Under the pieces are notes generated by a model. It worked only from the letters and a program-made list of their open reading frames with translations, searched no databases and was not told the origin of the DNA. Shown in pieces: positions 8,339 through 14,547 of a stretch of 28,058 nt of DNA. Position numbers and translations under genes: made by a program. Within the stretch, counting starts at the first letter, position 1. Each line of letters starts with the position of its first letter. The DNA lies in assembly GCA_035650735.1 (NCBI GenBank), contig DASRGZ010000215.1, positions 62,001 to 90,058 on the forward strand. The letters run 5' to 3'. This stretch comes from Chthonomonadaceae bacterium (GTDB taxonomy: Bacteria; Armatimonadota; Chthonomonadetes; Chthonomonadales; Chthonomonadaceae).

Positions 8339-9079
8339 CTATGGCCCCTGCTTGAGCTTGTTGCGATAATGTTCGCGGAACTTGGCTACCTTCGGAGCGA
8401 TGACCGCCTGGCAGTAGAACTGCTCCGGGTTCCGCTCGAAATAGTCCCGGTGGTAGTCCTCGGCAGGGTAGAAGTTGGTGAACGGTACGACCTCGGTCAC
8501 GATGGGAGCCGGCCAGATACGGGCCGCCTCGATCTCCTTGATGACCTGAAGGGCCGTCTCTTTCTGTTCCGGGCTGTGATAGAAGATAGCCGAGCGGTAT
8601 TGCGTTCCTACGTCGGCCCCCTGCCTGTTGCGGGTCGTCGGGTCGTGGGTGGTGAAGAAAATCTCCAGCAGATCGTGATAGGAGATCACTTTAGGATCGA
8701 AGGTTATCTGAATGGCTTCCGCGTGCCCGGTGGTTCCCGTGCAGACCTGCTCATAGGTCGGATGGGCGGTCTGTCCGCCGGCATAGCCAGGCTCGACTTT
8801 TTCCACTCCCTTGAGATCGCGGAAGATCGCTTCCGTACACCAGAAACAGCCGCCGGCCAGGGTGGCTATCTCCTTACCTGGAGGCACTGAGAGGGGTTGC
8901 ATAGATTGTTGTCTCCTCACGCTCTTGTCTTGTTGTTGGGCAGGCTGCTGCGAGGCGCAGCCGGTGAGCGCGCCTGCCAGGCCGCTCAGCGCCATCGCGA
9001 ACAGCAGAGCGCGCTGAAGGACCAGCGGAATAGCGATCCGGTTATACAGAGGCAGCCGCGCCCAGCTTTGCTTCCTCAT
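8339..9079 (-). CDS. msrA: Peptide-methionine (S)-S-oxide reductase MsrA with lipoprotein signal peptide
   Basis: GGCFWCTEA active site, GTTGHAEA, HDPTT, GTQYRSAIF, FYPAEDYH; lipobox LTGC. Start placed at ATG 9079 (approximate). Confidence 0.93.
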   Translation of the reverse strand: MRKQSWARLPLYNRIAIPLVLQRALLFAMALSGLAGALTGCASQQPAQQQDKSVRRQQSMQPLSVPPGKEIATLAGGCFWCTEAIFRDLKGVEKVEPGYAGGQTAHPTYEQVCTGTTGHAEAIQITFDPKVISYHDLLEIFFTTHDPTTRNRQGADVGTQYRSAIFYHSPEQKETALQVIKEIEAARIWPAPIVTEVVPFTNFYPAEDYHRDYFERNPEQFYCQAVIAPKVAKFREHYRNKLKQGP

Positions 9080-9111
9080 TGCGCTGAATCCTCGCCTTCG
9101 TGCCGCCAGCG

Positions 9112-9525
9112 TTAATAGATGGCCCACAAGCCCGGCGTCGCCAACTCCACCAGATTCTGATCGGGGTCGCGGAAGTAGAGGCTCTGCCCACCCCGCCCCC
9201 AGTGAATTCTGCTTTCAATTGCGATCGCACGCGCGGTCAGATGCTCTTCCCAGGCGGTCAGGTCGGCGGCGGGAATGGACAGGGCGAAGTGGATCTGGCC
9301 CGCCGCATCGTGGGGCGGTATCACCCCGCCCGGAAGGGGCTGCGGGCTGCGCGAGGCCCCCTTCTTGAACAGCAGGAGCACCTGCTTGCCTGCGACGTTG
9401 AAGGCGCAGAGCCGCTCATCCGCAAATAGGCTCTCGAAGCCGAAGAGGTCTTCGTAGAATCGCGCGGCGCGATCTAGGTCCTCGACATAGAGCGCCGTCT
9501 CTAATACTCCGCTTACTGTGGGCAT
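9112..9525 (-). CDS. VOC family (glyoxalase/bleomycin resistance) protein
   Basis: LETALYVEDLDRAARFYEDLFG, HFALSI, SLYFRDPDQNLVEL; ATG at 9525 preceded by GGAGG. Confidence 0.9.
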   Translation of the reverse strand: MPTVSGVLETALYVEDLDRAARFYEDLFGFESLFADERLCAFNVAGKQVLLLFKKGASRSPQPLPGGVIPPHDAAGQIHFALSIPAADLTAWEEHLTARAIAIESRIHWGRGGQSLYFRDPDQNLVELATPGLWAIY

Positions 9526-9589
9526 CCTCTTCCTCCCGAAGAGCCGCGGGCGAGGTCTATTGGCGATGAGGGCCATCGCCGCAGGGCGC

Positions 9590-9650
9590 CCCTACACCCC
9601 ACACCCTACACCCCACACCCTACACCCTACACCCTATACCCTACACCCTA
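9590..9650. repeat. Heptamer tandem repeat (CCCYAYA)x8 plus a partial unit
   Basis: CCCTACA CCCCACA CCCTACA CCCCACA CCCTACA CCCTACA CCCTATA CCCTACA CCCTA. Confidence 0.95.
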
Positions 9651-9705
9651 ACGAGGGGCCGTGGGTGGGGGCCTCAGCCGCCCGAAGAGGCATTCCTCTC
9701 CTGCC

Positions 9706-9744
9706 AAAGCAAAGAGGACTCCTGCCTTCGTCTGGAGGAGTCCT
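9706..9744 (-). terminator. Possible intrinsic terminator after the LacI gene
   Basis: 9-bp stem AGGACTCCT (9715-9723)/AGGAGTCCT (9736-9744) followed on the minus strand by CTTTGCTTT; loop is long (12 nt). Confidence 0.45.
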
Positions 9745-9770
9745 TCGCCAGTACCTTTGATAATTCCTGT

Positions 9771-10898
9771 TTAGCGCGTGCTGAGGGAGACAGGGACGAT
9801 GGGCTGTTTGGGAGGTGGCCCTGTCGACTCGCGCACTACCAGCTCGACGGCAAAGATCACGGTGTGAGAGTCGGCGTCGTCGCCTGGAGCAGCCAGGGCA
9901 GAGGGCGTGTTCTCCTCCGCTGCCGGAACCTCATCCGCATGAATTTGCGACAGCAGCAATTCGACCGCGCGCCGCCCCATCTGGCGAAATGGCTGGCATA
10001 CGGTGGTAAGCGGAGGACGGGTCATGCGCGCCATCATCGTATCGTCAAAGCCGACGACGGAAATATCGTCCGGGATGCGGATGCCATGGCTTGTCAGCAC
10101 CTCCATACAGCCATAGGCGATGGCGTCGCTGGCGCAGAAGATGGCGGTCGGCAGGGGAGCAGAGGCGCATCGCTCCAACAGAGCGGACATACTCTGGCGG
10201 CCCGAATCAATATTAAATTGCCCGGGGACGACCAGCGAATCCTCAAAGGCTATGCCGGCTTCTTCCAAAGCGCGGCGATACCCGGCAAGCCGCTGCTGCG
10301 CGCCGACCAGATCCAGGTTGGCGGCAAAGTGCGCAATACGCCGATGCCCCTGCTCCAGCAGGTGCCGGGTGGCCTCGTAGCCGCCTCTTTCGTTATCCAC
10401 ATCCAGGTTATAGGCGTTGGGCAAGGCGCTGTTGCTATGGAGGGTGACGAAGCGGGTATGGTGCGCGAGCGCTTCGGCAAAGGCGGCGTCGAGATGCGGG
10501 CCGATCAGGATCATTCCATCAATACGCCCGTCGCAGAATTCCAGCAGGCGCGCCTGGTCCCGTTGCCAATCGAAAACAGAGAACACGTTGGCGCTCTGGC
10601 CGTGCTCCGCCGCCGCTCCAAGAATGCCGTTTAATACCTCTAGAAAATAGAGGTTAACGTCGCTGCTGTCAATGGTGGCGGCCACGCCGATAGTATCGAT
10701 CCGGTTCCGGGAGAGCCCGAGGGCGAGGGCATTGCGACGGTAATGCAGGCGCGCGGCGGCTTCCAGAATTCGGGCGCGGGTCTTCTCCGAAACGCGCGTC
10801 GAGGAGCGCGCCCCGTTGAGCACGACGGAGGCCACCATCGCGCTGACCCCGGCCTCACGGGCGACATCTTCCAGTGTGGCGGCAGTGCTTCGTTTCAT
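9771..10898 (-). CDS. LacI-family transcriptional regulator
   Basis: HTH TLEDVAREAGVSAMVASVVLNG; sugar-binding domain motifs HLLEQGHRRIA, PTAIFCASD, IPDDISVVGFDD, PPLTTV, ELVVRES. Confidence 0.95.
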   Translation of the reverse strand: MKRSTAATLEDVAREAGVSAMVASVVLNGARSSTRVSEKTRARILEAAARLHYRRNALALGLSRNRIDTIGVAATIDSSDVNLYFLEVLNGILGAAAEHGQSANVFSVFDWQRDQARLLEFCDGRIDGMILIGPHLDAAFAEALAHHTRFVTLHSNSALPNAYNLDVDNERGGYEATRHLLEQGHRRIAHFAANLDLVGAQQRLAGYRRALEEAGIAFEDSLVVPGQFNIDSGRQSMSALLERCASAPLPTAIFCASDAIAYGCMEVLTSHGIRIPDDISVVGFDDTMMARMTRPPLTTVCQPFRQMGRRAVELLLSQIHADEVPAAEENTPSALAAPGDDADSHTVIFAVELVVRESTGPPPKQPIVPVSLSTR

Positions 10899-10939
10899 GC
10901 CCGTATTTTACCCGGATTTATGGCTATGCGCCACAGACC

Positions 10940-10971
10940 TAACGCTAAATCATAAAAATTTAGCGTTAAAT
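10940..10971. promoter_or_regulatory. Candidate tandem LacI-type operators (consensus TTTAGCGCTAAA)
   Basis: Perfect 11-bp inverted repeat TAACGCTAAAT-N7-ATTTAGCGTTA; each arm is part of a CG-centred pseudo-palindrome. A further GCGCTAAA half-site lies at 11063-11070. Confidence 0.6.
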
Positions 10972-11171
10972 CACTTGCGCGAATCCACAAATATGGATTA
11001 TACTAAAATCACGCTGGCTGCAACCTCTGCAAAACTAATTTGCTGTAGCGGATTTTGTTAAGGCGCTAAAAGGCGCCAAATCCATGAACGACTCGAATTC
11101 AAAGTATCTCCGTCGTTCCGCAAATCGCTGTGATTTCGCCAAGTTTCAATGGTTGAAAGGAGTGTCTTTTG

Positions 11172-11993
11172 ATGCCTCGCCGTATGCGCGCGTTTACCCT
11201 GATTGAGCTGCTTGTCGTTATAGCGATTATAGCGATCCTAGCCGCGATCCTCTTCCCGGTCTTCGCTCAGGCCCGCGAAAAAGCTCGCGGCATTAGCTGC
11301 GTATCCAATTTGAAGCAGCTGGGCACCAGCGTGCTGATGTATGCCCAGGACTATGATGAGACCTATCCAATGGCCGTGCAGAACGACTGGAACGAGTCCT
11401 GGCCGGTCAAGGTGCAGCCTTACGTGAAGAGCTTCGATGTTTTCCGCTGCCCCGACGATGGCGACCGGGCCGTTGGCGCTGCCGATGGCTCGACGCCCTG
11501 GCTTACCACCGATTGGGCCGGAATTCCTATCTCCTATACCGCCAACGGCTATATTGGCTGGAACGGATCATCCAACGCCACATTTGGCATCATGAGCATG
11601 GCCCAATCCTCCTGGGTCAACCCGGATATAATCACCCTGTCCTCGGTTGGCCGGCCTGCCGACACGGTCCTGCTAACCGAGAAGCATAACGCGGACGTGC
11701 GCAAAGCGGGCGGCTGGGGCAACCTGAGCTCTTTCGCCCCCGGCTGCATCATCGTGGGGCTGGATAACTGGGATACCCTGGCGGCTAACGAGCTTCCCGA
11801 TGGCACGCGCGATCCGAACGCGAAGTATCCGAGGGGACGCGACGGCTCGGTTTCGGCCCATCACACGGATATGGCCAACTTCACTTTCGCCGACGGCCAT
11901 GTCAAGGCGATGCATCCGTATGCGACCCGCCCGAAGGGCGGCGGTGGACAGACGCCCGAGCCGACCGATATGTGGGACGCGCGGCGCAACTAG
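11172..11993 (+). CDS. DUF1559 / prepilin-type N-terminal cleavage-methylation protein with C-terminal H-X9-DG motif
   Basis: [43 protein letters not shown]...[26 protein letters not shown] at 11157-11162. Confidence 0.93.
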   Translation: MPRRMRAFTLIELLVVIAIIAILAAILFPVFAQAREKARGISCVSNLKQLGTSVLMYAQDYDETYPMAVQNDWNESWPVKVQPYVKSFDVFRCPDDGDRAVGAADGSTPWLTTDWAGIPISYTANGYIGWNGSSNATFGIMSMAQSSWVNPDIITLSSVGRPADTVLLTEKHNADVRKAGGWGNLSSFAPGCIIVGLDNWDTLAANELPDGTRDPNAKYPRGRDGSVSAHHTDMANFTFADGHVKAMHPYATRPKGGGGQTPEPTDMWDARRN

Positions 11994-12004
11994 ATTATCT
12001 CTTC

Positions 12005-12037
12005 GCCCGCCGCAGAGCGTAAGCCTTTGCGGCGGGC
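12005..12037 (+). other. Intercistronic stem-loop without a U tract
   Basis: GCCCGCCGCA/TGCGGCGGGC perfect 10-bp stem (13 bp with G-U) between the DUF1559 stop and the lipoprotein RBS. Confidence 0.55.
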
Positions 12038-12060
12038 CTGGAAAGGACTCGAACTCGACG

Positions 12061-12285
12061 ATGAGCAGAACTAAGAGGCTTTTTGCGGCGCTGGTTGGCG
12101 GCGCGTTGCTGCTGCCGATTCTGGCCGGATGCAGCGCGAAGGCGCCGGCGCTCACCAAGGAAGAGCAATCTCAGTTCAAAGGCGGACCGATGCCGGCCTC
12201 GGCAGTGCAGGGCATGCAGCAGCGGCTGCAAAAGGCCCAGCAAACCATGCCTGCCAATGCCCCGGCGAATGCCGGCCCGCAATAA
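12061..12285 (+). CDS. Small (74 aa) putative lipoprotein
   Basis: MSRTKRLFAALVGGALLLPILAGCSAK..., canonical lipobox LAGC; GGAAAGGA upstream; terminator follows. Contained in the 3' half of ORF-track entry 11800..12285. Confidence 0.75.
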   Translation: MSRTKRLFAALVGGALLLPILAGCSAKAPALTKEEQSQFKGGPMPASAVQGMQQRLQKAQQTMPANAPANAGPQ

Positions 12286-12320
12286 TCGTTTCTGTGCGCG
12301 AAGGGTCACTCCTTACGCCT

Positions 12321-12356
12321 GACAGCCTCCGGGGTCGTCTCGGAGGCTGTTCTTTT
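12321..12356 (+). terminator. Intrinsic terminator
   Basis: ACAGCCTCCG/CGGAGGCTGT stem followed by TCTTTT. Confidence 0.8.
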
Positions 12357-12433
12357 GCCTGGTGCTAATCAGGAACATCCCTCTTGATCCCGACCGGTTA
12401 AAAGGGCGGCGTGAATCCCTTTGTCTGGGTCAG

Positions 12434-12460
12434 GCAGGAACGTTCCTGCTCGTGTAGAAT
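12434..12460 (+). promoter_or_regulatory. Candidate promoter GCAGGA-N17-GAAT, overlapping the perfect palindrome GCAGGAACGTTCCTGC
   Basis: Upstream of the acyltransferase and abutting the MITE target duplication; TAGAAT could alternatively be a sigma70 -10 box. Confidence 0.35.
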
Positions 12461-12465
12461 AGGTA

Positions 12466-12568
12466 ACTCAAGTTGCTACCTTGCCTCTTCGAGAAGGCAA
12501 ACGGTGATGCAAAAGCCGGTTTCCAGAGCGATTCTCTCTCAAACGTGTTCCTAGGTAGCAACTTGGGT
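12466..12568. mobile_element. Miniature inverted-repeat transposable element (103 bp), possibly IS982-family derived
   Basis: 16-bp TIRs ACTCAAGTTGCTACCT (12466-12481) and AGGTAGCAACTTGGGT (12553-12568), 15/16 match; flanked by the direct repeat TAGGTA at 12460-12465 and 12569-12574; too short to encode a transposase. Confidence 0.8.
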
Positions 12569-12674
12569 TAGGTATTCTGCTGCGGTCATGGTCGGATAAA
12601 GCCTGCCTCTGTCGGGGCGCTCATTGCAAAAGGAACGATTCTTGCAAGGGACGCTCCTTGAGAGGGGTATTAAC

Positions 12675-13826
12675 ATGGCAGTTGTATCGGCCAAAGTAAG
12701 AACCTATAAAATGCTCGATGCCTGGCGCGGTTTTGCCAGCCTGTGGGTGGTAATGATTCACGCCTCCAGCGCCTTTTTGCCTAGAGATCCGCAAGGAGCT
12801 ATTCGCCCCCTCTGCGCCTTTGCGATGCTGGGTTACCTGGGCGTCCAGGTCTTCTTTGTCGTCAGCGGGTATTGTATCGCCAACTCCGCCTCCGTTGCGC
12901 TGGAGCGGGAGAGCAAGAGTGCGCCCGTCCGTTTTATGCGCGCCCGGCTCCGCCGCATCTTTCCGCCCTGCTGGTGGTCGCTGGTCTTTTTCGCCGCCGT
13001 CTCCATCCTGGCCCGGCGCATGGTAACTTCCGGATGGGTCGGCTCCAGCGTCCTGGCCCAACAGGATGTGCTCCACCAGAAGCCGCTCTACTTTATCGCT
13101 AACCTGACGCTGACGCAGTGCCTCCTGAAGCAGCCCTTTCTCTCCTCGCCCTGCTGGACGCTCTGCTATGAGGTCGCCTTCTACGGCATCGTCGGCCTGG
13201 CGCTGCTTCTGCTGCGCGGGCGCAACCACCAGACTCTGCTGACAGCGCTGCATATGGTGACCATTGCCGCGCTCTGCCTGCTGATCCTGGCTCCCGCCTA
13301 CCGCTTCTATCCGCTCGATTTCTGGCCCCAGTTTGGCCTGGGCATTGTCGTCTATGACTGCGTGACCCAGCCCCGGTCCCGCCGCGCCCGGCTCCTGGCC
13401 CTGGTGATCGGGCTGCAAACCCTGCTGCTGGGCTTCCAGCGCAGCTTTCCTATCAGCGCCATGGGCTTTCCCAGCGCGCAGACCTATCTCTTCTGCCTGG
13501 GCTTTGCCGTCACGCTGCTCCTCGCCTATCCTCACGATCAGCGCATAAGCCAATGGCCGGGAGTGAAGTGGTTGGGGGCCATCGGCGTCTTCTCCTACAG
13601 CCTCTATCTCATCCACTACCTTCTGGTCGGCTGCGTCAGCCAGATAGTGAAACTGGCCGGCGTCCCCCAGAGCCTCTACCTTGTCTGCTGGCTGCTCGCT
13701 ATTCTGGCGGCTGTCGGGACAGCCCGCCTCTTCTACGAGTATTTTGAGCGCCCTTACATGAACAGCCAGCGCAAGCCGCAGCGCCGCAAAGTGCCCCTGG
13801 CGGAAGCCCTGCCCGAAAAAGCCTGA
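12675..13826 (+). CDS. Acyltransferase family 3 (OafA/YrhL-like membrane O-acyltransferase), no SGNH domain
   Basis: LDAWRG...H, GVQVFFVVSGY, RLRRIFP, WTLCYEVAFY, SYSLYLIH, FERP; multiple TM segments; ATG at 12675 after GAGGGG. Confidence 0.9.
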   Translation: MAVVSAKVRTYKMLDAWRGFASLWVVMIHASSAFLPRDPQGAIRPLCAFAMLGYLGVQVFFVVSGYCIANSASVALERESKSAPVRFMRARLRRIFPPCWWSLVFFAAVSILARRMVTSGWVGSSVLAQQDVLHQKPLYFIANLTLTQCLLKQPFLSSPCWTLCYEVAFYGIVGLALLLLRGRNHQTLLTALHMVTIAALCLLILAPAYRFYPLDFWPQFGLGIVVYDCVTQPRSRRARLLALVIGLQTLLLGFQRSFPISAMGFPSAQTYLFCLGFAVTLLLAYPHDQRISQWPGVKWLGAIGVFSYSLYLIHYLLVGCVSQIVKLAGVPQSLYLVCWLLAILAAVGTARLFYEYFERPYMNSQRKPQRRKVPLAEALPEKA

Positions 13827-13970
13827 GCCGCCGCCGGAAGCCAACCGGCAAAACGCGAAGCTGTGCCTTTGCTGCCTATCTCAAAGAGGCAAGGGAACCG
13901 CTGGGTTGATAAATTCTTGCCTGTAGACCAATTTTAGGGAACACTTCCGCGCCGTGATTCGGTCAAGAGG

Positions 13971-14001
13971 GCAGAGCGGAAAGATGCCGCTCTGCTTTTT
14001 T
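13971..14001 (+). terminator. Intrinsic terminator
   Basis: GCAGAGCGG-N7-CCGCTCTGC followed by TTTTTT. Confidence 0.75.
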
Positions 14002-14100
14002 ATAAGCACTGGTTAATGTTTCAAGAATAACCATCCGATCATACATATGCAATATCAAATTAGAAAAAGAGTATCGCAAACCCAACCGGGGGAAATAACA

Positions 14101-14439
14101 ATGGCTTATTCAAATACAACTCCTATGAAAGCGTCCGTTCGGCGACCGGCCCCGGCGCATGTATTCCAGATTGCGCTCATGTGGATGCTCTATCTTTTCT
14201 CGCCGGTATTGACCCAGCTTCATTTCGAAAGCGGGATGGGGATCGTTTTGCCGGTGGCGCTGCTCTCCAGCTTCGCCTCCTTCGGCATAGCCGTCTGGCT
14301 GCTCTTCCAGCGCAGCCCCGCCGACATGGCGCATGGCGTGTTCAAGCTAATGCTAGATGCCGTCGTTACCGTCGCGCTGATGATTGTGCTCCTGCGAAGC
14401 GGCTTTCTGGAACACATGCTGCGCGGCATCGGCTACTAG
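14101..14439 (+). CDS. Small hypothetical membrane protein (about 3 TM helices)
   Basis: Three hydrophobic stretches; start uncertain (14047, 14101 or 14125), GGGGGA precedes 14101. Confidence 0.6.
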   Translation: MAYSNTTPMKASVRRPAPAHVFQIALMWMLYLFSPVLTQLHFESGMGIVLPVALLSSFASFGIAVWLLFQRSPADMAHGVFKLMLDAVVTVALMIVLLRSGFLEHMLRGIGY

Positions 14440-14446
14440 ACCCCTT

Positions 14447-14525
14447 AACACGGATGGGACGGATAACACGGATGACACGGATAAAGCCAATCCGTTGAAT
14501 CCGTGGCATCCGCCCCATCCGTGTT
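14447..14525. repeat. Inverted array of nonamer repeats: 4x NNNACGGAT then 4x ATCCGNNNN
   Basis: AACACGGAT GGGACGGAT AACACGGAT GACACGGAT aaagcca ATCCGTTGA ATCCGTGGC ATCCGCCCC ATCCGTGTT; lies between convergent genes. Confidence 0.85.
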
Positions 14526-14547
14526 TTATCTAAAGCCGCACGGCCAC

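Noticed and set aside
9518..9760. 80-aa ORF containing PTPHTLHPTPYTLHP
   Set aside because: Translation artefact of the heptamer repeat.
12494..12525. GGCAAAC...GCAAAAGCC resembling a c-di-GMP-I riboswitch
   Set aside because: Lacks the P2 stem with GNRA tetraloop and the second hairpin; lies inside the MITE.
12621..13844. 407-aa antisense ORF
   Set aside because: Shadow of the acyltransferase; no recognisable motifs; expected in high-GC coding DNA.
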